Assembly (NCBI GenBank): GCA_026390015.1
Contig: JAPLGS010000103.1
Coordinates: 41,941-105,940 of the forward strand
DNA: 64,000 bases
DNA from: Chloroflexota bacterium
Lineage (GTDB): Bacteria; Chloroflexota; Anaerolineae; Anaerolineales; Villigracilaceae
Reading direction: 5' to 3'
The position numbers and the translations under genes are program-made. Shown here piece by piece: positions 9,580-18,625 of the stretch; the first letter of the stretch is position 1, and each line of letters begins with the position of its first letter. The notes beneath the pieces are model-generated. The model searched no databases. It was not told where the DNA came from and worked only from the letters and a program-made list of their open reading frames with translations.

Positions 9580-9936
9580 CTAATCTGAATCGCTGATGCG
9601 TAATCCGGCCACGTGCACATTGACAGAATTGACTTGCAAACCAAGTGCCTTCTCCACGTGAAAACGGACAGTGTTCGCCACGCTCTCAGCCACCGAGTTG
9701 ATGCGCGTACCGAATTCAACGATGACATTGATATCAATATCAATGTCATCACCTTTGTAGCGGACTGTGATTCCGCGTGAAGGTTCACGCGTGATGGTAG
9801 ATACAATTCCGTCTGCCAGATTTTTCGGCGCCAGTCCCACCACGCCGTAGGATTGCAGAGTGGCATGATACGCAATTGTCGCCACCGCGTTTGGAGAGAT
9901 ATGAATCCCGCCCATTGAAGTTGATTCTTCGCCCAT
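9580..9936 (-). CDS. Asp23/Gls24 family protein (YloU-like)
   Basis: GGIHISPNAVATIA...YGVVGLA...NVIVEFGTRI..VA...VNVHV; conserved position between rpmB and DAK2. Confidence 0.9.
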   Translation of the reverse strand: MGEESTSMGGIHISPNAVATIAYHATLQSYGVVGLAPKNLADGIVSTITREPSRGITVRYKGDDIDIDINVIVEFGTRINSVAESVANTVRFHVEKALGLQVNSVNVHVAGLRISDSD

Positions 9937-10107
9937 GGTTTTCCTCGTTTGATCTAAAGACTTCGGAGGTTCCCGAAATTTGGATAATATTCTTTTGTGT
10001 TCCTATTTTAACATCTAATCTTGAATATGGTTGCGTTATATGGTAGAATGCCCTGCTCCTAAAAAAGACAGCTCATCTGGAATCATCGTACTGAAAGGAA
10101 CTATAAC

Positions 10108-10293
10108 ATGGCTAAATGTAACACCTGCGGTAAAGCAACCACCTTCGGCCACAGCCGTTCATTCTCTCAACGCGCAACCAATCGCAAGTTCAAGCCGAAC
10201 CTGCAAAAGGTTTCAGTGATGGAGAGTGGCCGCATGGTCAAGAAGATCCTGTGCGCGAAGTGCATCAAGACACTCGGCAAGTCTGCGGCATAA
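10108..10293 (+). CDS. rpmB: 50S ribosomal protein L28 (Zn-binding CxxC form)
   Basis: MAKCNTCGK..TFGHSRSFSQRATNRKFKPNLQ...LCAKCIK. Confidence 0.95.
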   Translation: MAKCNTCGKATTFGHSRSFSQRATNRKFKPNLQKVSVMESGRMVKKILCAKCIKTLGKSAA

Positions 10294-10314
10294 GGTTTGT
10301 TTTTCCATTCGCAA

Positions 10315-10350
10315 CAAAAATCACGGCTTTGCGCCGTGATTTTTGTTTTT
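10315..10350. terminator. Bidirectional terminator after rpmB
   Basis: aaaaatcacggc / gccgtgattttt stem. Confidence 0.75.
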
Positions 10351-10376
10351 AAGCAACTTTGTCAGACCTGCGCTGG

Positions 10377-10440
10377 CGCAATCCTGCGCACAAGTAGGAG
10401 ATTGCTTCATCGCTCAATATCGTTCGCTCCTCGCAAACGA
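10377..10440. repeat. Partial copy of the GTCATTGC REP/RPE-like element, overlapping the rpe 3' end
   Basis: gcaatcct...ggagattgcttc...ctcctcgcaaacga matches the inner and terminal words of the 2875 copy. Confidence 0.6.
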
Positions 10441-11091
10441 ATTTCGCAACTTTTTTATGCCCTCACCCGCGCCTTGCGGATGCTTGAAGATGGCATTGCC
10501 TGCCACGAAAACATCCGCGCCTGCTTTGCGCATGAGGGGCAAAGTTTCAGCGGAAATACCTCCATCCACTTCAAGAAAGGCAGTAGAGCGAAGCTCGTTT
10601 AATTTATTCCGAATTTCCTCCACTTTTGAGATCATATCAGGCATAAAAGATTGGCCTGAATATCCCGGCTTCACGCTCATTACCAAAACGAGATCAACAA
10701 GTGGGAGGACTTCATCCAACGCGGAGGCGGGCGTGGAAGGATTCAATGTAACGCCGGCAGTACATCCCAGAGATTTTATTTTCTGTATCGTTTGCTGAAG
10801 GTGGTCACACGTCTCTACGTGGACGGTAATATTACTCGCGCCGGCTTTGGCGAACACTTCCAAATATTGATCAGGATTGGAAATCATCAGATGCACATCA
10901 ATGGGAAGTTTGGTAACGCGTTTGCAGGCATCCACAAAAAGCGGGCCGATTGTAATGGTGGGCACAAAATGTCCATCCATGATATCCATGTGCAGCCAGT
11001 CTGCACCAGCGGATTCAACCGCGGCGATCTCATCTGCCAGATGAGTGAAGTCTGATGCGATGATGGACGGGGCGAGGAGAAATTTATTCAT
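10414..11091 (-). CDS. rpe: Ribulose-phosphate 3-epimerase
   Basis: LAPSI...HMDIMDGHFVP, DVHLM, TVHVE, LVMSVKPG, EVDGGI, FVAGNAIF motifs. Confidence 0.96.
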   Translation of the reverse strand: MNKFLLAPSIIASDFTHLADEIAAVESAGADWLHMDIMDGHFVPTITIGPLFVDACKRVTKLPIDVHLMISNPDQYLEVFAKAGASNITVHVETCDHLQQTIQKIKSLGCTAGVTLNPSTPASALDEVLPLVDLVLVMSVKPGYSGQSFMPDMISKVEEIRNKLNELRSTAFLEVDGGISAETLPLMRKAGADVFVAGNAIFKHPQGAGEGIKKLRNSFARSERY

Positions 11092-11115
11092 ATCGGAAGT
11101 GCGGGCTTCAAAAAG

Positions 11116-12056
11116 CTATGGAAAGTACGCGAAGTAAACCATTATCCAAAATGGGATGAGGCCGCCAACGGCTATAACCATAAGCAGGCCGAGTCCTACA
11201 GAAGCCCAGTCAATTTCCTCGAAGACAGAAGCAAGCTCGGGTTCATCTGATGGTGTTGGTTCTGGTTGGATATATCTCGGTCGAGCAGGTTCCAGTCGGG
11301 GAGGTGGCGGCGGTGTAACAGGATGTTTATCTGTAATTTCAGGAGTCAGGTTAGCGGCATCTGGTTGTGTCCCAAATTTTAACAACACGCGCCCAAGTTG
11401 ATCGGCGGTGCGATACCGCGCAGACGGTTCCTTGGAAAGAACCTTGGTGATGATCTCTTCGAGCGCGGCTGGAATTTCGGGAATGTATTCACGGATGGGG
11501 ATCGGGGTTGCAGAGATGTGCAAACGCGCCAGCTCTTCGGCAGTGGACGCGGTGAATGGTGGCGTGCCGCTCAGGTGGCGAGCGCGCGCGCGATCCCAAA
11601 ATCGGTGACCTTAAGACGATTATCCGGTGAGATGAGCATGTTATGCGGCTTCACATCACAATGGATTAGCCCAGCGCGGTGTGCATAACCGAGTCCGGCA
11701 CAGGCTTGAATGATAAGCGGGATGCCCGCTTCCACTGTAAATCGTCCGCGTTGACGGATCAGTTGTTTGAGATCTTTACCGGGAATATTCTCCATGACAA
11801 TGAAAAGCAGGTTATCTGCAAATCCAAAATCATGCACTGTGACAATGTTGGGATGTGAAAGATTCGCGGCGGCGCGCGCTTCGGTGCGGAAGTGTTCCTG
11901 GAAATCAGGATTACTTGAATAATCTTTTCGCAAAACCTTAATGGCAACAATGCGATCCAGAACAGAATCGCGCGCGCGAAAAACTTCAGCCATGCCGCCA
12001 GCGCCTAGTTTTTCAAGTAGTTGATAACGATTATTGAGGAGAGTTCCTTCGTTCAT
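11116..12056 (-). pseudogene. Hanks-type Ser/Thr protein kinase with C-terminal TM helix; internal out-of-frame deletion at about 11573
   Basis: LGAGGMAEV, VAIK, HPNIV, HCDVKPHN and KVTDFGIARALAT then a stop. Another frame resumes at SGTPPFTAST..LARLH. Subdomains VIII-IX are absent. Confidence 0.85.
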
Positions 12057-12157
12057 CGGGTCGGATTATATCATTAGGAGTTTTGGAGGCGGAAGAATAA
12101 AATTACAAGTCACAGATATTTAGAAGGTAACGAATCCTCCTCAGGTATAATTCTTCC

Positions 12158-13102
12158 ATGCGAAAGGGACTGTTACTCTACAATCCAACCGCGGGGCGAT
12201 ATCCCGTGGGACGCTTTGTGCACGGAATTATTCATCCGCTAAAGAACGCGGGCTGGAACATGGAGATCGCCGAGACCTTAAGCGGAACGCACGCCACGCA
12301 GACGGCGCATCAAGCCGCCAGTGAAAAATATGACGCAGTCTTCGCCATCGGCGGTGACGGGACGGTGAGTCAAGTAGCAAGCGGATTGATCAACACCGAA
12401 ACGGCGCTGGCCGTACTGCCTGCCGGCACGACCAATGTCTGGGCAATTGAGCAGGGTCAAAAACCTTTTAGCTGGTTCAAGTGGAAAGCTCTTCGTGAAA
12501 ACGCGGAACTGTTGGCAAATGTCGAACCGCAATACGTAGATGTCGGCATCTGCAATGACCGTCCATTTTTGTTGTGGGCTGGTGTTGGGCTGGACGCGCA
12601 AACCATTCATAAACTTGAACCACGCCCGCGTTTCTTTAAACATATTTCCGTCCCACATTTTTTTGCGACGACCGTTTGGGAAGCCACTTTCTGGCATGGC
12701 CTTGACCTGCGCGTCTGGACAGACGGCGAATTTATTGAAGGGCATTATCTCGTGGCAGTCGCGACCAACATCCGTCATTACGCGGGCGGCATGTCGTTGA
12801 TCTCACCGAATGCATTGCTCGACGACGGCGAGATGGATATGTGGCTATTAAGCGGTGACAGCCTCGCGGATGCGCTGCGTCATTTCTTTGATCTAGTCGC
12901 GGGGCGTCACCTCACATCTGATCAGGCACGCTGTCTGCCGTTCCAAACCGCCCGGGTCGAATCGGATGCGGCTTTCAATATTCAAGTGGATGGCGATCCC
13001 GTGCTGGGCGGTAACAAAGCCGAAATCAAAACTCTGCACCGCGCGTTGAAAGTGCTCATGCCCAAAGATGCCTTACAATTGTTGAAAGACCCGAAGAGAT
13101 AA
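12158..13102 (+). CDS. Diacylglycerol kinase family lipid kinase (DgkB/YegS-like)
   Basis: YNPTAG, GGDGTV, LPAGTTNVWA, QVDGD motifs. Confidence 0.92.
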   Translation: MRKGLLLYNPTAGRYPVGRFVHGIIHPLKNAGWNMEIAETLSGTHATQTAHQAASEKYDAVFAIGGDGTVSQVASGLINTETALAVLPAGTTNVWAIEQGQKPFSWFKWKALRENAELLANVEPQYVDVGICNDRPFLLWAGVGLDAQTIHKLEPRPRFFKHISVPHFFATTVWEATFWHGLDLRVWTDGEFIEGHYLVAVATNIRHYAGGMSLISPNALLDDGEMDMWLLSGDSLADALRHFFDLVAGRHLTSDQARCLPFQTARVESDAAFNIQVDGDPVLGGNKAEIKTLHRALKVLMPKDALQLLKDPKR

Positions 13103-13106
13103 ATCA

Positions 13107-13580
13107 ATGGACTTAAGGCCTTACTTGAATCGCTACGTGATCATCGGTACTTTAGCCGTCGCCGGGGGTTTGTTGATCATCACCTTCATCATTATCGGCT
13201 GGACGTCTCCCCGCTTCTCTCCTGACCTTGGGTTTGCTCCGGCTGATCTGACCGTGATCCCCGCCCCAACCCATACACCCAACGTCACTGCCGTTCCCAC
13301 CAATGATCCCTTGATCACACCTACGCTTGCCGCTAACACCATCGGCATCGGCGGCTACGTGCAAATCAGCGGCACAGAAGGCGAAGGATTAAGAATCCGC
13401 CAGACGCCAGGCCTGAACGCTGACACAGTCTTCCGCGGTGAAGAGTCAGAAGTCTTCGTTGTAAAAGATGGCCCGCAAACTGCGGATGGATACACCTGGT
13501 GGTATCTTGTCGCGCCTTATGATGAAACCCGCGCAGGCTGGTCTGTCGCTGATTTTCTGTCGGTTGTCCCTTCGCCGTAA
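13107..13580 (+). CDS. Membrane-anchored protein with bacterial SH3-like domain
   Basis: N-terminal TM, Pro/Thr linker, GEGLRIRQTPG...DGYTWW.....GW SH3-like pattern. Confidence 0.65.
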   Translation: MDLRPYLNRYVIIGTLAVAGGLLIITFIIIGWTSPRFSPDLGFAPADLTVIPAPTHTPNVTAVPTNDPLITPTLAANTIGIGGYVQISGTEGEGLRIRQTPGLNADTVFRGEESEVFVVKDGPQTADGYTWWYLVAPYDETRAGWSVADFLSVVPSP

Positions 13581-13607
13581 ATACTCTGGAGTGTAGGAGA
13601 AATAAAA

Positions 13608-13958
13608 ATGTCCGAAAAACCAAACGGCGTCACTGCCAGCAAAAGCAAACGTGAATTCACCATTACCTGGGACGATGGGCATATCAGCAATTATCCCTTT
13701 GGATTGTTACGCGCCGCCTGTCCATGCGCCTCTTGTCGCGGCGGACATGAAAATATGAAGTCCGAACCTGATGCAGATGTGTTCAATAAAATAATGGAAG
13801 ACTCCCCGTCCACGCGGCTGATTAATATTGTCGCAACCGGCTCCTACGCGCTGACTATTGTTTGGGAGGACGGTCACGATTATGGAATTTTCAACTGGCA
13901 TTATCTGCGTGCGTTATGTCCATGTGATGAGTGCCGGGCGAAGTACGGAAAAGCATAA
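13608..13958 (+). CDS. DUF971 / gamma-butyrobetaine hydroxylase N-terminal-like Zn-binding protein
   Basis: ITWDDGH...LRAACPCASC...GSYAL.IVWEDGHDYGIFNWHYLR. Confidence 0.88.
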   Translation: MSEKPNGVTASKSKREFTITWDDGHISNYPFGLLRAACPCASCRGGHENMKSEPDADVFNKIMEDSPSTRLINIVATGSYALTIVWEDGHDYGIFNWHYLRALCPCDECRAKYGKA

Positions 13959-14150
13959 AAATTTTCGAATAATTTGCATTATCTTTCTTCTAAAAAAAGG
14001 ATGGCTGATAAATACCTTACATTCTCCATGAAGAAACAACTGGATTCGGGCACATGACTTAAGTACTATTTTTTTAAACTCTAGTTGTATAATCAAGTTG
14101 CAGTTTCGCATTGCTCTTCAGAAAAAAAACATACCAAAAAGGAGGATTTG

Positions 14151-14924
14151 ATGAAGAAGCTATTTATGTATTTGGGGCTGGCGCTAGTTTTGATTGTCGG
14201 TCTTGCCATCACTGTAAATAATGCCCGTGCTATTAACACAAGCACTGAAGTAGTTAATGCAACGTAACTATCCCCATCAGAGTTGGCTTTTCAGGAACTT
14301 AACAATAAAGCATTAGCAAACATAGGAGAAGGTTGGTTGTATGTAAAGGAATATCAAAAACATGATGTAGATCCTATAATCATCGAAGGTGTGATTCCAC
14401 TAGTGGATACAAACACAGACATGTGGTATTACATCAATTCATCTGGAATCGTGGAACAATCCATAACTATTCAAAAAACTATGGATGGAAAAATTGCACA
14501 GGTAGGAATTTACAGCAATGGGACATTATGGAATACTTCAGTTGACGAAATAGTACCTATGGAACCTTTTTTGTTTGATGGAATTCACTATGGATTGCCC
14601 TACTATCATCTTAAAAGTCCCGATTTGAAGATCAGTAATAACTTCCAAGGCAAATCTGAGTTAATGGAATTTACAATTACAGTTGCAGAAAAAGAACCTG
14701 TAAAAATGCTGGATTATTCCGAAGTGCTTGTATCTTTAGAGCACTATTACGCTTTTGATGTTTCAACGGGTTTTCTAGTAAGTAAAAAAACAATCGCACA
14801 CCTCCAAGATGGAACGCAGCGTGAATTGGATAATATTCAAATCGAAATAAAGCCTGGAGTAAATCCCCCAGCAGATGTATTGAAATATTTTGAGATCAAG
14901 AAAAACCGGGAGGAACAAAAATGA
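14151..14924 (+). pseudogene. Secreted hypothetical protein with in-frame TAA at 14265-14267
   Basis: ggagg RBS then MKKLFMYLGLALVLIVGLAITVNNARA signal peptide. The same frame continues past TAA (LSPSELAFQEL...) for about 220 more codons. Confidence 0.75.
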
Positions 14925-15357
14925 AAACTACCAAGAAACCCTTGTTTATGCTGATCTCGTTGTTTGTTTTGATATCAAGTCTATTGTTCACAAGCATTGC
15001 CTATGCAGGCACGTCATCAACAAGCGGTGGAGTAGGTGATGCGAACTGCACTGCATCAAAAACAATCACCCAAGGAGCGTCAAGTTGGGCCGCCTATGTA
15101 AAAATGGCTCAATCGGTTACACATGGTGGACAGTCCGTCAATATTGTTTTGCAAGTGGAGTGTACACCACCCGATTTCAATCCAGCGTTGGGGCCGTAAA
15201 CATCAACACAAATTTCTACCAACGCGTGTTTGCTGGCATCTCATACGCATCATGTCCGGGTTCGGGATATATTCAACTACAAGACCTGGGTCAGCATGAT
15301 TTCAAAACTGTACTGAATACTTGGCGACCTACAGTTAATCGCACCGAGCCTCACTAA
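14921..15357 (+). pseudogene. Small secreted Cys-containing protein, frameshifted near the A5 run at 15100-15104
   Basis: Signal peptide MKTTKKPLFMLISLFVLISSLLFTSIAYA. Adding one A joins ...WAAYVK to NGSIGYTWWTVRQYC...RTEPH of ORF 15085..15357. Confidence 0.6.
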
Positions 15358-15397
15358 CTAAAATTGAAGGTCAAAACGTATAGCCTTGTAAGTCAGC

Positions 15398-15440
15398 AAT
15401 AAAAAGAGAGACTGCCCAAAATGCAGTCCCTCTTTTTATT
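15398..15440. terminator. Bidirectional terminator
   Basis: aataaaaagagagactgc / gcagtccctctttttatt imperfect stem. Confidence 0.7.
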
Positions 15441-15464
15441 ATTATAAATATTTACCTGTATCGC

Positions 15465-17330
15465 CTACGGCGTCACAACCGGCATTGGTGTGCGAGTGGG
15501 AGTACGCGAAGGAGTTACACCGGGCTTTAGCGTAGCAGTCGCGCTCACCTTTGGCGTGGGTGTCTTTGCGCCGCCCTTCGGAGTAGTGGTCGGCGTGATA
15601 ATAGTTTTTAGATGTAATTCAGCATCGGCGCGCATTTCGGTTGTCATCATTTCCGCATCCATGGCGTAGAGCGCTTTCCAAGCCTTGAGCGCATCCTTCG
15701 CTTCACCTCGCTGTTCCTGTACCAATGCGCGCCAGTAAAGCATCAACGCGGTTTCTTCATCTGTATCTGCGACAGAGTTGAGCACTTCCACCTTCAAAAA
15801 TGCGCTGCCAAATTTCTCTTGCAGATAATATCCGCGCACGAGGCCAAGGTTTATATCGAAGGATGTCTTGTCTTCCACGAGCGCTAATTCCAAGTCTGCC
15901 ACGGCCAGATCAATATTTTCCAATTCCAGATTGGCAAGCCCGCGATAATAATGGTATTTGCCCAAGCCAGTCCGATTGAGAGACATCGCTTTATTGAGAT
16001 TCGCCACCGCCGATTTGAAATCCTTTATTTCAAAATAAGCCTGTCCCAGCATCGCAAGCGACAGAGAATCTTCATTGTTATAAAGCACATATACTTCAAG
16101 GGCATCGATCGCTTTCTGGTATTGTTCATTTTCGATATACATTTCGCCTAATAGTTTATATACAGGAATCGTTGTAATATCCAGCGAGTAGGCTTTTTCC
16201 GCTGCCTCAAGCGCACTCTTTTTATTGTCGAGAGCTAGATATGCCCTGGCATAAGCCATATATACATCCGATGATTCGGGCATAAGATTATCGGCCTGGT
16301 CAAGATCTACAATCGCAGATTTTGGGTCATTATGTAAAATAAAATAACGCGCGCGCTCCAGATATATTTCGCCAAAATTCGGGTCACGCTTAATAGCCTC
16401 AGCTAACAGAACTTCGACATTAAAGTTCGGATCAGCCAGCAAGCGCGCCCGCGCAAGGCCGAGATACGGCGGGCCGAAGTTCTCGTCAATTTTTAACGCA
16501 TCGTTATAGGCCTTTAAAGCGTTGCCCGCCTGCCCTTGAAAGCGATAGGCTTCGCCGATGTAATATAAAATATCCGCAGACTTTGGCTCGTGTGGAATGA
16601 TCAATTCCATGTTCACAATGAACATATCCCAATCCCCGGCGTTATAGGCCTGCTGCGCGATGCGGTACTGATCCCTTGTATCGAGAGCACGCGGTGTATT
16701 TACATACAATGGAGTGGGCGTATAAGTTTGGGGAAGCAGCATCCACAACGGAGTCGGGCCGGTAAAGAACTTTGTTGGAAGGGCTGTGGCGCCGAAAATA
16801 GTGGGGGTTGCGGTGAAGGTCGGAGAAGGCCCCGGCGTAATAGTCCGCGTGGGAATAACGATCGACTGACGCGGCAGGAAAAAGCCAAAGATCACCACTG
16901 AAGCCAATGCCATAAAAACGATAAGCATGCTGATTAAACGCGTAATTGGACTCTTTATGACAGCCCGAAATCCCTTCTCTTTTGGTTTCTCATTCGCGAG
17001 CAGAAGTTTTTCCTCCCAGGTTCGCGGCCGATCCATAGAAAATGGCTTAATACTCTCATCGGGAGCCAATGCCCCGAGCAGGATCAACCCCCGTTTCGCC
17101 GTACCATTTTCAGGGTTAAGTTTGAGCGCTGTCTGCAGGCAGTAGATCCGCTCCTTGGGGCTATCCATCGCCGCGCTGAGCCAAACCCAATAAGTCGAAT
17201 TATTCTGATCCGTTTTAAGGAGGAGCGTGAGTAGATCTTTGGCGCGTGATTTATCGCCGCTCCGCAAGGCATTCACGGCATCCAGGAACATGGTTTCAAT
17301 TGTTCTATCTTCAGGAGAAAGATCAGCCAT
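15465..17330 (-). CDS. Membrane-anchored tetratricopeptide repeat protein
   Basis: N-terminal TPR, a TM helix, Pro/Thr linkers, many TPR units (A..AY..AL..D...), Thr/Pro tail. Confidence 0.85.
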   Translation of the reverse strand: MADLSPEDRTIETMFLDAVNALRSGDKSRAKDLLTLLLKTDQNNSTYWVWLSAAMDSPKERIYCLQTALKLNPENGTAKRGLILLGALAPDESIKPFSMDRPRTWEEKLLLANEKPKEKGFRAVIKSPITRLISMLIVFMALASVVIFGFFLPRQSIVIPTRTITPGPSPTFTATPTIFGATALPTKFFTGPTPLWMLLPQTYTPTPLYVNTPRALDTRDQYRIAQQAYNAGDWDMFIVNMELIIPHEPKSADILYYIGEAYRFQGQAGNALKAYNDALKIDENFGPPYLGLARARLLADPNFNVEVLLAEAIKRDPNFGEIYLERARYFILHNDPKSAIVDLDQADNLMPESSDVYMAYARAYLALDNKKSALEAAEKAYSLDITTIPVYKLLGEMYIENEQYQKAIDALEVYVLYNNEDSLSLAMLGQAYFEIKDFKSAVANLNKAMSLNRTGLGKYHYYRGLANLELENIDLAVADLELALVEDKTSFDINLGLVRGYYLQEKFGSAFLKVEVLNSVADTDEETALMLYWRALVQEQRGEAKDALKAWKALYAMDAEMMTTEMRADAELHLKTIITPTTTPKGGAKTPTPKVSATATLKPGVTPSRTPTRTPMPVVTP

Positions 17331-17334
17331 ATTT

Positions 17335-17925
17335 TTATTTTACCGCTTGTTGAGTCTTTTCGTGAAATTCTTCGACCTGATAAACATAGACCTGCAATTT
17401 TGTATCCCGCCATAAATTTTTACGCGCGCCCATTTTCACGCAGAGTTGATCGAGAAAATCTACGGGGTCAGGAATTTTCTCCCAAACTTGTGGAAGAAAA
17501 GTTGCGCGGCGATGACCATCATTCAAGATGACTCCATCGACATGTGGATTCAACTTAACCAGCAGATCTTCGCCTGAGAAATAATCCAGCAAATGTGGAG
17601 CGGTCAATCGCGACACCTCAAGCTGAATCCTGTTCAATTCGCTTTTATCTACGCAGGGGAAGCGCGGGTCATGCAGCGCGGCAGCGACGGCATGTTCACG
17701 CACATCTTCCGCAAGCGGCTGGTAGGCTTCGAGCGCACCGATGCAGCCACGCAATTCATCATTGATCGTAAGCGTAACAAAGGACGCTCCATTCTCGAGC
17801 AAACGCGGCGTGAAGGATTTCATATCCAACGCGGAAAGTTTCCTTCCCCTCACCCCGTTCTCCATCGCCTCGCGCGCCAGATGCAACAGAATTTGTTTCT
17901 CTTCATTAGTCAATTGATCGGCCAT
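17335..17925 (-). CDS. amrA: AmmeMemoRadiSam system protein A (AMMECR1 domain)
   Basis: GASFVTL....LRGCIG, AAALHDPRF, IQLEVSRL, DGVIL....RRATFLPQVW. Start moved to MADQ after the ggaagggg RBS. Confidence 0.9.
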   Translation of the reverse strand: MADQLTNEEKQILLHLAREAMENGVRGRKLSALDMKSFTPRLLENGASFVTLTINDELRGCIGALEAYQPLAEDVREHAVAAALHDPRFPCVDKSELNRIQLEVSRLTAPHLLDYFSGEDLLVKLNPHVDGVILNDGHRRATFLPQVWEKIPDPVDFLDQLCVKMGARKNLWRDTKLQVYVYQVEEFHEKTQQAVK

Positions 17926-17985
17926 GATATCACCTTCCCACAACAAACCATCAAGATCATTAGCGTCTTCGTGATTATAAAAAGA

Positions 17986-18492
17986 TCATAGCTCAGACAA
18001 ACCTTTATATTTAAGATTGTGATATATCAAAGGCAGACCATCGCCCGAACCGCGCGCCGCAAGCACTTCTGCAATGAACAAAGAATTCATACCCGCATCG
18101 AATGTTTCAACAACCTGGCAATCCAGCCATGCCAGCCCGCCCACGATCAAAGGCGAACCAGTGATCAAGACTTCGGTTTGCAAACCAGCAAAACGATCCT
18201 CAACATCTGCTGCGCGGCCCGCAAAGAGATTAGAGATTTTGATCTGGTCGCTGGAGAGCATGGTCAACCCAAACACGCGGGACTTGCTGACTAATTCATG
18301 CGTGCGTGAGGACTGTTGTAATGAGATCGTGATAAGCGGCGGGGCAAGGGAAATGGAGGTGAATGAATTCACGGTCATGCCATGTTTTACACCTTCATAG
18401 ATAGACGTCACAACGGTCACACCAGCGGACCAGGCGCGCATCGCCGCACGCAAATTTTCAGGATCAAGGGTCATAGCATTTTGGCTCTCCAT
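17986..18492 (-). CDS. Flavin reductase family protein
   Basis: LRAAMRAWSAGVTVVT, GMTVNSFTSISLAPPLI, GSPLI, GDGLPLIY. Start is 18492 or 18474. Confidence 0.9.
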   Translation of the reverse strand: MESQNAMTLDPENLRAAMRAWSAGVTVVTSIYEGVKHGMTVNSFTSISLAPPLITISLQQSSRTHELVSKSRVFGLTMLSSDQIKISNLFAGRAADVEDRFAGLQTEVLITGSPLIVGGLAWLDCQVVETFDAGMNSLFIAEVLAARGSGDGLPLIYHNLKYKGLSEL

Positions 18493-18625
18493 TATGAATT
18501 CATCATAATTGCCAGAAGGCAGGGCGTCAAGACAAAAAATCAGCATGATATTCCAAAAATACTTTGAAGCCATTTAAATCTTGCACATTAAATCCATTTC
18601 ATAATCGCGTGGTAGACTCTCGGTC

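Noticed and set aside
11571-11573. Selenocysteine or stop-codon readthrough at the kinase TGA
   Set aside because: The downstream kinase sequence is in a different frame and essential subdomains are missing, so readthrough cannot restore it.
14265-14267. Genetic-code recoding of TAA
   Set aside because: TAA terminates many ordinary genes in this window. A point mutation or sequencing error is more parsimonious.
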